Below, piece by piece: positions 52,621-62,149 of a stretch of 64,000 bases of DNA. The DNA lies in assembly GCA_963555755.3 (NCBI GenBank), contig OY820905.2:2176001-2240000 (forward strand), in the 5' to 3' direction. The translations under genes and the position numbers were made by a program. Within the stretch, counting starts at the first letter, position 1. The number at the start of each line of letters is the position of its first letter. The notes beneath the pieces were generated by a model. The model searched no databases. It was given only the letters and a program-made list of their open reading frames with translations, and was not told the DNA's origin. The DNA comes from Nitrospirales bacterium (lineage in GTDB: Bacteria > Nitrospirota > Nitrospiria > Nitrospirales > UBA8639).

Positions 52621-53181
52621 CTACTTGATTCGTTTTTGTCTACTGATCACGAAGTAGTCCAATGCTGATTTTACCGACTGGATGAATGTGTCACCAATCA
52701 TAAGAATTTCTACGGCATCCAGACCTGGTTGCCCAATGGCTCGAATGATCGGTTCCCCAATAAGCAGTGATCCTTGGGATGGATCAGACAAGAGTTGCCG
52801 CTGAATGTGATAAACAATGTCATCAGGTATGACTTGCTTTTTGTTGAGGTCGTACACCCTCGTCCGAGTGACGGTGTCTCCTTCAAGATAGTAAGTGATC
52901 TCGAATTGACCCTTTGAACGCTTCATCTCTCCATCCGCATAGACATAACTTTCCACTTCTTGGGTATTGGTCGTTTCCCCCCCAAAGATACCCTCACATA
53001 CAAAAAACATCAGGAATACGATCAGGAAAGGTGGTTGGGTCGGGGGTTCCCTTACTTCCAGGAAGGGCCAAGGACAAAAGTGCTGATTGCCACTGAAGAC
53101 ATACGAACATTCCTGACACGGCGGCAGGGGCCGAAGTCTAGCTTGGATGTGATGGTGGAGGCGGTGGTTAAGGAACTCCAA
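52621..53181 (-). CDS. Hypothetical protein; true start uncertain (C-terminal ~125 aa look coding)
   Basis: Beta-rich globular C-terminal region; N-terminus overlaps an opposite-strand remnant. Confidence 0.45.
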   Translation of the reverse strand: MEFLNHRLHHHIQARLRPLPPCQECSYVFSGNQHFCPWPFLEVREPPTQPPFLIVFLMFFVCEGIFGGETTNTQEVESYVYADGEMKRSKGQFEITYYLEGDTVTRTRVYDLNKKQVIPDDIVYHIQRQLLSDPSQGSLLIGEPIIRAIGQPGLDAVEILMIGDTFIQSVKSALDYFVISRQKRIK

Positions 53182-53234
53182 CCTTCAAAAAGAGAGCAAT
53201 CAGAATAGTGAAGGCGAGCAGTGCGACCCCATGA

Positions 53235-54041
53235 TTATTTTCCCTTCGCCTTCCACTCCCTGGCCAACCGTTGAGCCACGGCGATTTGTTGGGGAGTCAT
53301 AGACGTCGCAACCGCATTACGTATTTTCACTGCATCCCTACCGCCTTGAGAAGCCGCGAGATCGGCCCACTTATGGGCGAGCACGTCATCCTGGAGAACG
53401 CCTTGACCGAAATGGTACATCGAGGCCAGGTTGGACTGGGCCTTCTCCTCTCCCTGCTCCGCGGCCAAGCGATACCACCTCGCCGCCTCCCGATAATCCT
53501 GCGCCACCCCAAGGCCGTTGTCGTACATGACCCCTAGGTTGTACTGGGCTGACGCATACCCCTGCTCCGCAGCGAGGCGAGACCACTTCGCTGCCTTTTG
53601 ATAATCCCGCTGGACACCCTGGCCGTTGGCATACATCCTTCCCAGGAAAAACTGGGCCAACGCCTTCCCTTGCTCCGCGGCTTTCGTGTACCATTTCGCC
53701 GCCTTTTGATCATCCTCCGGCACGCCCCAGCCGTTGTCATACATGAGCCCCAGGTTGTACTGGGCCACCGCATCTCCCTGCTCCGCGGCCAAACGATACC
53801 ACTTCACCGCCTCCCGATCATCCTCCGACACCCCAAGGCCGAAGTCATACATGATACCCACGTTGTACTGGGCCACTGCATCTCCCTGCTCCGCCAATGG
53901 CCGAAATTCTGCCAGGGCAGTGTTGTAGTCGCCACGCTCGTAGGCATCTGCCCCTGTCTGAAAATCGGCCCAGGCAGGAAAGGCGAGCATGAGGCCCAAC
54001 CCCACCACAATATAAAAATATGTGAGTAACCTTTTGTTCAT
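53235..54041 (-). CDS. Sel1 repeat protein
   Basis: Signal peptide AWA-DFQ; five Sel1 repeats; MTPQQIAVAQRLAREW tail. Confidence 0.93.
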   Translation of the reverse strand: MNKRLLTYFYIVVGLGLMLAFPAWADFQTGADAYERGDYNTALAEFRPLAEQGDAVAQYNVGIMYDFGLGVSEDDREAVKWYRLAAEQGDAVAQYNLGLMYDNGWGVPEDDQKAAKWYTKAAEQGKALAQFFLGRMYANGQGVQRDYQKAAKWSRLAAEQGYASAQYNLGVMYDNGLGVAQDYREAARWYRLAAEQGEEKAQSNLASMYHFGQGVLQDDVLAHKWADLAASQGGRDAVKIRNAVATSMTPQQIAVAQRLAREWKAKGK

Positions 54042-54150
54042 GTTTTTACTCTAGGTCATTTTGGTCTTGCCCCGGTTTCGTGGACAGGTTCGTAAAGAGT
54101 GTTTACCGATCATTAGAGGCCATCAAAGTCGGAATCTTCCAGTTTACCTC

Positions 54151-54687
54151 TTATTTTTCCGGTGGATAGCTGTCAATTGGAAGCATCAAATGGGCGTAAG
54201 GGGTATCAGGCCACATGACCCATGGGCCTCCGCCTTTTGAATTAGTTGGAAAATGTTTCAATTGCGTCCGATCAGGGAGGAGCATCATTATGTGGGCCTT
54301 CAGCCCATCCACCCAATCATCGCCTGGCTTGGGTTGGGTGGCATAGGGATCAGTGTTGCTGACAGGAGTGTCTCCTTGGAGCATATAGGCTATTCCCACC
54401 TGCGTGTAGGTTGGGTTCTTTTTCTTTGTCAGGGCATCGAGAAAGTTTAACCAGGAATCATTCATGCACCACGGATCCGTTCCAGGGGTGCCTGGATTAT
54501 CCGGCAGGCAGGTCCAGCCATTCGTCCCTTTGCGGAGGATCTTCATATTCCAATCCTTAATCGTGGCATTCTTGGAAATGGAGGCGGGACCAGCGCTTTC
54601 GGCACTCGCAATACTTCCCTCTTCAGCGAAGGAGAGCGTGGGTATGAATAATAGTATCGACAATGTCAGATAACGCAGAAGTTTCAC
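54151..54687 (-). CDS. Secreted hypothetical protein
   Basis: GTG start after AAGGAGG; signal peptide; GTNGWTCLPD, GIAYMLQGD, GPWVMWPDTPYAHLM. Confidence 0.8.
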   Translation of the reverse strand: MKLLRYLTLSILLFIPTLSFAEEGSIASAESAGPASISKNATIKDWNMKILRKGTNGWTCLPDNPGTPGTDPWCMNDSWLNFLDALTKKKNPTYTQVGIAYMLQGDTPVSNTDPYATQPKPGDDWVDGLKAHIMMLLPDRTQLKHFPTNSKGGGPWVMWPDTPYAHLMLPIDSYPPEK

Positions 54688-54923
54688 GGTAGCCTCCTTT
54701 GGGTGTAAGAGACACAACGTTAACAAAAATCAGCACTTCACAACAATACTGCAAGCCGCTTGAAAATCTCTATGGCCGTTTTTGTGCCTTTGTTGGATGA
54801 GACTCCCCAATCGACAAAACAAGTGGTGGCCTTTCCTAGGGAAAGGAAATTTCTCTCCTGGTGTGTTCGGGAACCGATGAACGCGAATCCATACTGAGGA
54901 ATTCCTTATTTTTCATGTGGCTG

Positions 54924-55075
54924 GGTTCTGTCGCAAACAATGTTTTTGAAGGCAATAAGGGGTTTTATCTCCGTGTCCCACAGACGAGAATTGTCAACTT
55001 TACTGGAGTTTTTCAACTTGATCCAACATGAAAACCAGTGGCGTAACTCACAATTCTATTATTTGCGACAGAACC
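54924..55075. mobile_element. IS6-like miniature element (152 bp)
   Basis: TIR ggttctgtcgcaaa/tttgcgacagaacc, resembling IS6-family GGTTCTGTTGCAAA ends; no TSD seen. Confidence 0.65.
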
Positions 55076-55567
55076 AGTTATAGCGGGGGGAAGAGGTAGG
55101 ATGGGAACACGGACAAAACACGGACAAACTGGTGAATGGCCACCCCTGAAATTTATCCAACTTGTTGAAAAATTGGGGTGAGTGACGGGAATTGAATTGC
55201 TTGAGGCATAAGCGAAACGCCTCTATTCATACATGTTTACTCAGTTTTACGCGGACAGCAATAGACCAAAGTGGGTCACCTGTCCGCAAATCCGCAACCC
55301 AGCCGCAACCCGGTTGGGCATACCCCATCCCGCCCTCCTACGATGATAGGTCCCAGCACCTCTCCCCACACGGAAAAACGAGACTACGTATAAATATGTA
55401 GTACGCCCAGACTGCGCCATCTTTTCTATATAAATCTTCGAGCCAAGAAGCTTACAATTCCTTTCAAGAGAGGATAGGTATGACCAAGTTCCTGCTGCAC
55501 TGAGGCAGCAATAATTTCTCTTTTAACTATTCTTTTCACAAAATTACCCAAAACTAAGAGGGTCAAC

Positions 55568-56098
55568 ATGACAACCGAATATTCAGAAACCGAGTTAGCA
55601 ATAATTAATCTTCTAGAAAAACATGTAAATGCTGAACTAGCGGGTGATTTAGATACAACGATGGCAACAATGTCTGAGAGCCCACATCTTTTTAATATTC
55701 CCAATATGATGGGTGGTAACGGATACGATGGAGTCAGAAGTTTTTACAAGAATCATCTTGTTGGAAAGTTTTTTCCACCCGATGTAACAATGAATCGGGT
55801 GTCACTAACAGTGGGAACCAATCAAATTGTAGAAGAGTTGGTAATTAGTTTTACACATACCACTGCCATTGATTGGTTACTTCCAGGCATTGCACCAACG
55901 GGTAAAAAAGTAGAAATTGGAGTTGTTGTGATTGCTGGTGTTAAAGACAAAAAGTTGACCCATGAACACATCTACTGGGACCAAGCGAGTGTTCTTGTAC
56001 AGATTGGTTTGCTTGACCGTACTGGTCTGCCAGTATGTGGTGCAGAGAGTGCCAAGAAATTACTTGACCCATCTATACCAAACAGAACTTTCAATTAA
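55568..56098 (+). CDS. SnoaL-like ester cyclase/NTF2-like protein
   Basis: DLDTTMATM, FTHTTAIDWLLPGIAPTGKKV, HEHIYWDQASVLVQIGLL. Confidence 0.9.
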   Translation: MTTEYSETELAIINLLEKHVNAELAGDLDTTMATMSESPHLFNIPNMMGGNGYDGVRSFYKNHLVGKFFPPDVTMNRVSLTVGTNQIVEELVISFTHTTAIDWLLPGIAPTGKKVEIGVVVIAGVKDKKLTHEHIYWDQASVLVQIGLLDRTGLPVCGAESAKKLLDPSIPNRTFN

Positions 56099-56248
56099 CT
56101 CACCCACATCAGATTTAAAAAAACAAAAATTGACGGTAAGCGTAAATTGGGTCAATTAAATCATTTCGTGAATTAAAATCGAAAATGCAACTCACCGGTT
56201 TGGTGAAGGAGGCGTAAACGAATAGTTGATACAAGCATGACACAAACA

Positions 56249-56286
56249 AAGAACCTCATCGTTTCGGCGGTGGGGCTTTTTTGTTT
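56249..56286 (+). terminator. Intrinsic terminator (paralog of 57962-57999)
   Basis: cctcatcgtttcggcggtgggg hairpin + T run. Confidence 0.65.
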
Positions 56287-56477
56287 TCCTTGTGACGACC
56301 TCAGGACTCATGAGGACGAGAGGCTAGGTGAAGAGAGGGTGCTAGGGAGAGGATGCCTCAAACGGCCTCCCCCCCACCGGCGACTCCACTCCCCCTCTGC
56401 TTTTTTATCTGTTGGCCATGTCGCCTGACGTAGGCACTCCGCTTTCATCAACCCACCATTACCATTTCCTGACCCAC

Positions 56478-56672
56478 TGTCAGCCAATTTAACAGTGTCC
56501 AGAAGTCCTCGTTCCACCATGGACAGCAGCGATTGTCTGTTTTGTGTGAAGGGTTGTGGAAAAAGTGTCGGTAATATTAACAGTGTACTAAAACGACGAA
56601 TTGCCCCATGAACAGAGGCGTTTGCGACTTCTGCGGTGTGTGGGTCCCTGAAAAGTGTCAAAATTTCTTACA
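56478..56672. promoter_or_regulatory. Three TGT-N11-ACA enhancer sites (PEP-CTERM-box-like)
   Basis: TGTCAGCCAATTTAACA 56478, TGTCGGTAATATTAACA 56566, TGTCAAAATTTCTTACA 56656. Confidence 0.65.
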
Positions 56673-56789
56673 ATTTTGTTGTAGACGGTCTGAGGCGTCT
56701 TGCTCCGAGGTGATACGCAACGAACAGAAGCTGAACGCAACATTTTTCAACGCGCCCGGATATGTCACATGACGTAGACCGCCACCATC

Positions 56790-56805
56790 TGGCCTGAAAC
56801 TTGCG
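56790..56805 (+). promoter_or_regulatory. sigma54 -24/-12 promoter
   Basis: TGGCCTGAAACTTGCG (GG-N10-GC) upstream of the PEP-CTERM gene. Confidence 0.7.
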
Positions 56806-57022
56806 AATGCTAAATTAATCGAAAATCGCTGCGGAGGCATTGGGTCCGTTTAGGCTCTCTAGCATTCTTACACGAATGTTTAATAAGAGAAGAACAATTA
56901 GATTTCCCAAATGTCATTTCGAGCGGAGCAAGAAATCTGACATCCAAGTGGAGATGAGTGTATTCAACAATACCCTTAACTCCTTTTTCATCAACCAAAA
57001 ACCAAAACATGGAGGTATCGCG

Positions 57023-57931
57023 ATGAATTTTCTTAAAAGTAGAAGGAACAAAAACAATCCTATTCAACATTTTTCTCTTGGACTGACAGCGCTGGTACTG
57101 CTCCTCACATTCGGGTGGGTCAGCATGGCAAGTGCTGCTAAATTCGTGTTGTCGACTCGAGCCAATAACGTCACCCTCGGCGGGGTAACTTTTAATGATG
57201 AGGATTTGGTGATCTACGACACGGTCACGAATACGGCAAACCTGCTCTTTGATGGAAGCATAAATTTCGGCGCCTCAAACAGGGACATTAACGCTGTACA
57301 CTTCCTGCCCAACGGGAACCTTGTGCTGTCGACCATCAACGGGGGGACCCTCGGAGGACAAGCTTTTGCGGATGAAGATTTGGTGGAGTACAACCCCACC
57401 ACGAATATGGGCTCCCTGTTCTTTGATGGAAGTGCGAAATTCACTGCGGGAGGTGCTGACCTTAATGCCATTCACGTCCTGTCCAACGGGAACCTTGTGC
57501 TGTCGACCACCAACGGGGGGACCCTCGGAGGACAAGCTTTTGCGGATGAAGATTTGGTGGAGTACAACCCCACCACGAATATGGGCTCCCTGTTCTTTGA
57601 TGGAAATGCGGTTTTCACAGGTGCCACCACAGGTCTTGGCGTTGATGCGGTCCTCATCCGGTCCAATGGCAACATTGTGCTGTCGACCAATCAGACAGCT
57701 ACGCTCGGAGGGGTAACTTTTCAGTTTAATGATTTGGTGGAGTACAACCCAAATACGAATATGGCAACCCTGGTGCTTGATGGGAAAACCCTATTCGGTC
57801 CGAGCTTCGCTGACGATTTTGCAAATATTAGTGCCGTCTCTGCCCCTATCCCCGAACCCAGCACGATGTTGCTTCTCGGATCAGGCTTAGTCGGACTCAT
57901 TGGCTACCGGATGAGGAAGGTGCAGGCGTAA
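57023..57931 (+). CDS. PEP-CTERM sorting-domain protein with four ~58-aa internal repeats
   Basis: GGAGG RBS; signal peptide; LVLST..TLGG..DEDLVEYNP repeats; PIPEPSTMLLLGSGLVGLIGYRMRK tail. Confidence 0.93.
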   Translation: MNFLKSRRNKNNPIQHFSLGLTALVLLLTFGWVSMASAAKFVLSTRANNVTLGGVTFNDEDLVIYDTVTNTANLLFDGSINFGASNRDINAVHFLPNGNLVLSTINGGTLGGQAFADEDLVEYNPTTNMGSLFFDGSAKFTAGGADLNAIHVLSNGNLVLSTTNGGTLGGQAFADEDLVEYNPTTNMGSLFFDGNAVFTGATTGLGVDAVLIRSNGNIVLSTNQTATLGGVTFQFNDLVEYNPNTNMATLVLDGKTLFGPSFADDFANISAVSAPIPEPSTMLLLGSGLVGLIGYRMRKVQA

Positions 57932-57961
57932 ACGAGTAGTCGATAATAGAATCACACAAAC

Positions 57962-57999
57962 AAAGAGCCTCATCGTTGCGGCGGTGGGGCTTTTTTGTT
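57962..57999 (+). terminator. Intrinsic terminator
   Basis: gcctcatcgttgcggcggtggggc hairpin + T run. Confidence 0.75.
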
Positions 58000-58144
58000 C
58001 TCACTTATTTCTCATGTGAGACCACTAGAGAAACCTTGTGGTGCGCTCCGACGACTTCTGGACAATGCGGGCGAAGTGGCGTAGTATAAATAAGGAAGGT
58101 TTTGTACGTATGACGTTATCCCACTGTTACTATGGAGTCACACT

Positions 58145-58306
58145 ATGCAATCTTTGATGACCGCCCAGGAAGTCCGAGAATATCTGAAAGTTTCACGGTC
58201 AACCCTTACTCGTATGCTTGATGCCGGCCTGCCGCACATTGGATCAGGTCGTTTACGGCGTTTTCACAAGGAAACGTTGCTGCGATGGTTCGATGAAAAT
58301 ACCTAG
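58145..58306 (+). CDS. Excisionase-like HTH_17 protein (53 aa)
   Basis: MQSLMTAQEVREYLKVSRSTLTRMLDAGLPHIGSGRLRRFHKETLLRWF; GGAG RBS; below the ORF-track length cutoff. Confidence 0.8.
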   Translation: MQSLMTAQEVREYLKVSRSTLTRMLDAGLPHIGSGRLRRFHKETLLRWFDENT

Positions 58307-58493
58307 GTATAAATCGGGGTGGAAATACGCCAAAATTTTGAGTTTTTCTACTTTTATATCGCTTGTTCTGTAGCCCGCACTGACCCATTGGGGTGTATGC
58401 GGGTGCAGTCAGAAATACATACGGAAGGATGCGGGGAAAGAGGGGTACGGGTCTAGGGTTATTAGGTCGCGAAAAAAAATGATCAGGTAATTA

Positions 58494-60196
58494 GGGCTTG
58501 CTGAAAAAAGCATTTTCGAAAATTCCCTCACCAACCAGCGATCCATTTTGGACTCCAGCCCCATTGGGCTTCCACCCTACCAGCACGAGAAGCCGGACAA
58601 TTTGTCTGCTTCTTCAGCCAGCTGGCCCGTAGAAGGCGTGTCCCAGTCCTTCGCCAATTGAGGCACCACGCACACAACAACAAAGAAACCCGGAGGAGCA
58701 GGTGCTCCAAGTTCATTACCAGAAACGAGATCTGAATCATCGTTTCGGAGGTGATGGCAAGTTTGGCCATCATCCGGCCTAGCCCCAACCGTCGCTTCCC
58801 TTGCCCCAACTTGCCTTCAATGGCCATCCGAGCCGTGGCATCCTCACGGCCTTGGTGCTGGTCTTGCTTTATCTGCTCAGCGGTGGCCTCGGTGAGCACC
58901 CGTGGGCGACCCAAGGGCGGCCCCGAGAGGCGGATTCCTTTGCTGTGGCAGAACTGCCGATTGGCACGGGTGCGGTAGATTGGGTCCACGTGAACCGAGG
59001 CCGGATAATGGTCGAACCGCCGACGATACGCTTCGATCTGTCCGACTAAATCCAGGGATTCGTTGTAGGCATCCCAACTGATGCGATCGACAACGCTGAT
59101 TCCCTCCACCAGACTCACCGAGATTTTGGCACCAAATTCAACCGGGCATCCGGCTTTGCCGCGCACGATGGGACGGACGTGAGGTTGGCTGAGGCTGACC
59201 AACCGATCGGCGATCCGATGACAGCGGCGCGTAGACATCCAGAGCTGTTGCCGATACAGTTCCTGAATCACGAGGAGCTGGCGGTAGCGTGGCTTGGGTA
59301 AGGTGCCCAACCGCCCCTCTTGGGCCAGGCCGGCAATGGATCCGAGATTGCGTCGGAGATACCTCAGCTGGTTGCCAATCCCTCGTCGGAGTTTCTGGCT
59401 CCGTGGTTTTTTGCTCTTCGCAATGCGCAAATAATCCTGTCGGGCCTTCTGCCGATAGGTGCGAGGCTTCTTCTGGGCCGTGGTGCGTACGGCATGCATG
59501 AGGTCAATGAGCTCTTCGGTTTTCTCGCGGGCGTCATGCAGCAGGTAGCGGTCGGTGGGATATTTGATATCGGCCGGCACACAGGTGGCATCGACGAGCA
59601 GCTGCCCTTTCGGGGGAGCGGGCTCGCCTTCTCCTTTCGCCTTGCCAGGTTCCTCTCCCGTTGCCTGGGCGTCAGCAATGAGCCGGGCGATGGCTTCGTT
59701 GATCTGCTCAAGGCTCTCGTCGGGAAACCGTTTGCGGAACGTGGTCAGCAGGGAATGATGAAACGGCGCCTCCTCTTGATACGTCAGAAGACCCAAAAAA
59801 TATTGCAGATAGGGGTTTTCGGCAATCTGGGCCACGAGTTCACGATCCGTGACTCCCAGGCGTTCTTGTAAGATGAGGGCCCCCAACGCGAGCCGCGAGG
59901 ACTTGGCGGGCGCCCCGATGTCGTCTTGGGAAAACTGCTTCGCGTAGGCCGTTTCGACTTCCGCCCAGGGGATGTGTTTCGCGAGAATCACCCACCGGTT
60001 GTCACTGCGGAGTTTGCCGCCAAAGGGCAAGACGAACTCTTCAAAGGCCAGTTGATTCACATGAGGTGTCCGATACATGGGTTCTCCTGGTGCAAGCTTT
60101 TTGGGAAGAGGGGGGAACTTTCTGTGCACGTCTCCCCCTGTTCTTACATGCAGAAGGCTACTCAAATCAATGGGGTGTGCTTTTATCAGCAAGCCC
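58494..60196 (-). mobile_element. IS5-family insertion sequence
   Basis: TIR gggcttgctga/tcagcaagccc, TA flanks. Confidence 0.88.
58528..60078 (-). CDS. IS5-family transposase
   Basis: ENPYLQYFLG, LVDATCVPADIKYPTD, PIVRGKAG..VEFGAK, IEGKLGQGKR; probable start MYRTP. Confidence 0.9.
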   Translation of the reverse strand: MYRTPHVNQLAFEEFVLPFGGKLRSDNRWVILAKHIPWAEVETAYAKQFSQDDIGAPAKSSRLALGALILQERLGVTDRELVAQIAENPYLQYFLGLLTYQEEAPFHHSLLTTFRKRFPDESLEQINEAIARLIADAQATGEEPGKAKGEGEPAPPKGQLLVDATCVPADIKYPTDRYLLHDAREKTEELIDLMHAVRTTAQKKPRTYRQKARQDYLRIAKSKKPRSQKLRRGIGNQLRYLRRNLGSIAGLAQEGRLGTLPKPRYRQLLVIQELYRQQLWMSTRRCHRIADRLVSLSQPHVRPIVRGKAGCPVEFGAKISVSLVEGISVVDRISWDAYNESLDLVGQIEAYRRRFDHYPASVHVDPIYRTRANRQFCHSKGIRLSGPPLGRPRVLTEATAEQIKQDQHQGREDATARMAIEGKLGQGKRRLGLGRMMAKLAITSETMIQISFLVMNLEHLLLRVSLLLCAWCLNWRRTGTRLLRASWLKKQTNCPASRAGRVEAQWGWSPKWIAGW

Positions 60197-60658
60197 TATC
60201 TAGACCGGCAACTAGAAGCAGCCACGAAAGGATGGGAAGAGGTTCCCTCTTGGGTGTTCTGTAGTGAGACAGGAGGACTTCTGCACCCTCACAACCTTCG
60301 GGATCGGGTGTTCTATCGTCTTCTGAAGGCCGCAGGATTGCGCCAGGTACGTTTTCACGACTTGCGCCATACCTTCGCTTCCCTGTTGCTTCAGCAAGGC
60401 GAAAGCATGGTCTACGTCAAAGAACAGATGGGCCATTCCTCTATCCAGGTGACCGTGGATCTCTATGGGAAACTCATTCCAGGCGGGAATAAGCAGGCAG
60501 TCGATCGACTCGATACTCCTGTGGATAAATCCGAAAATAACACCGAATCCGCAACCCTACCGCAACCCCTCACCGTTGGCGCAGTGCTGCCCACCACATT
60601 TTCTTTGGAATATTCACGAGTTAGAAGTGAAGGGTTTGGGGTGAGTGACGGGAATTGA
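60197..60658 (+). pseudogene. C-terminal catalytic fragment of a tyrosine integrase, truncated by IS5
   Basis: RFHDLRHTFASLL, VKEQMGHSSIQVTVDLYG; N-terminal half not present on the other side of the IS. Confidence 0.9.
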
Positions 60659-60714
60659 ACCCGCGACCTCCGGGTCCACAACCCGGCGCTCTAACCAACT
60701 GAGCTACACCCACC
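60637..60714 (-). tRNA. tRNA-His (GTG) with G-1 and encoded CCA
   Basis: ggtgggtgtagctcagttggttagagcgccgggttGTGgacccggaggtcgcgggttcaattcccgtcactcacccca. Confidence 0.96.
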
Positions 60715-60859
60715 ATCCAGAACTGATACGGACTGAGAATTGAAGTGATCGATAGGGGAAAAGAATTTTATCAAATGACCCCGGTGCCCGCAAGATAAGG
60801 CCTTTGCGTTTTTCGGGCACCTCGAAAAATTTTTCGTTCCACCGTTGGGTCTCCGCTCC

Positions 60860-61579
60860 TCAGCTTGTTCGACGATCAAATGCCGCTTGCATTTCTGACA
60901 CAATTGCCTGCGCCGCAGCTTGGGGATCGTCCGCGTCACGGATAGGCCGACCCACGACTAAATAGTCCGAGCCCTGTTCAATCGCTTGAGTGGGCGTCGA
61001 AACCCGAGCCTGGTCATGAGTCTCTGCACCAGCGGGACGAACGCCTGGAGTCACAATCACCAGCGTCTGACCAACCGCCTGCCGAATGGCATGGGGTTCT
61101 TGGCCAGAGGCGACCACACCATCACAGCCCACATCTGCGGCCGCTTTTGCCCTTGCCACGACTAACTCTGAGACGCTCCAGGTGGAACCACTCTCTTGCA
61201 CATCCTGCAGGGTAAAACTCGTTAACACCGTCACGGCTAGAATCTTCAAGTCTGGTTGTGCCCGTTTACCTTCAACCGCCGCTTGCATGGTTTTTCGATG
61301 GGCATGAACGGTGAGAAATTGCACACCCAGGTCCGCCGCCCGAGCCGTCGCGCGCTTCACGGTTTGATCGATGTCAAAAAACTTCAGATCCAGAAAGATC
61401 TCCTTCCCTCGCTCCTGAACCAGTTTGAGGACGGCTGGGCCCGCACTCGTAAACAGCTCCAACCCGATTTTGACAATTCGCACGGAATCGTGAAGCTGAT
61501 CGAGCAAAATCTCTGCTGCCCGAGCATCAGGCACATCCAAGGCCACCATCAACCGATCCCGTGCGTCGATGTGTGCCAA
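60860..61579 (-). CDS. pyrF: Orotidine-5'-phosphate decarboxylase
   Basis: VALD, KIGLELF, FLDLKFFDI..TV, VTVLTS, VTPGVR, LVVGRPI. Confidence 0.96.
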   Translation of the reverse strand: MAHIDARDRLMVALDVPDARAAEILLDQLHDSVRIVKIGLELFTSAGPAVLKLVQERGKEIFLDLKFFDIDQTVKRATARAADLGVQFLTVHAHRKTMQAAVEGKRAQPDLKILAVTVLTSFTLQDVQESGSTWSVSELVVARAKAAADVGCDGVVASGQEPHAIRQAVGQTLVIVTPGVRPAGAETHDQARVSTPTQAIEQGSDYLVVGRPIRDADDPQAAAQAIVSEMQAAFDRRTS

Positions 61580-61677
61580 CCCTTACTTCCCTTCTCCCAC
61601 GTTTTCCATTGACCCTTCGGGGTGACGTATGTTAGAAATTAAAGGTTCGCGACTAGAATTTCTAATGGAGGACGTAC

Positions 61678-61953
61678 ATGCCAGTTGTTCATAAATCTGC
61701 GATCAAACGAGCCCGGCAATCGATTAAACGGAACCAACGCAATAAAGCCATCCTGCACGGCACTAAAACCGTCACGAAAAAGGTTAAAGCAGCGGTGGCA
61801 GAAAAAAATCCTGCATTGGCTCAAACCTTGCTTCGCGAGGCGACTTCGGCCTTGTCTAAAGCCGTGACCAAAGGGGCGCTTCACCGGAAAACTGCTTCCC
61901 GCAAAATTTCCAGACTTTCCACCAGCGTGAATTCTACAACACCCAAGTCATAA
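61678..61953 (+). CDS. rpsT: 30S ribosomal protein S20
   Basis: KSAIKRARQ..RNQRN, KGALHRKTASRKISRL. Confidence 0.96.
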   Translation: MPVVHKSAIKRARQSIKRNQRNKAILHGTKTVTKKVKAAVAEKNPALAQTLLREATSALSKAVTKGALHRKTASRKISRLSTSVNSTTPKS

Positions 61954-62028
61954 CCGCTCATTGCACTTCTCCTTCCCCTGACTAATTTAGTCTAGAGAAA
62001 GATGTATGTCCTAAATTGCAGGAGGAAA

Positions 62029-62147
62029 GGGGCTGTTCAAAAAGGCCTCCAGCAAGGCCGCAGGGGATTTGGCACCCGCAGCGTACATGAGTACGTGAGG
62101 ACGGCAAAGCCCCGAGAACGCCGCTGGCGGACTTTTTCAACAGCCCC
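62029..62147. mobile_element. MITE-like repeat family E
   Basis: ggggctgtt.../aacagcccc ends; internal core shared with 36760. Confidence 0.8.
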
Positions 62148-62149
62148 CT

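Larger units (their letters stand above)
55173..60659. mobile_element. Decayed integrative element at tRNA-His, bounded by 24-bp att repeats
   Basis: ttggggtgagtgacgggaattgaa at 55173-55196 and 60636-60659; contains integrase fragment and excisionase; ccgcaaccc pairs near both ends. Confidence 0.88.

Noticed and set aside
54062..54090. IS3-like terminal repeat (tggtcttgccccggtttcgtggaca)
   Set aside because: Isolated, with no partner end or transposase; too weak to call
55400..56200. Integron cassette with attC
   Set aside because: No convincing RYYYAAC...GTTRRRY attC fold, and the integrase fragment is tRNA-linked rather than IntI-like
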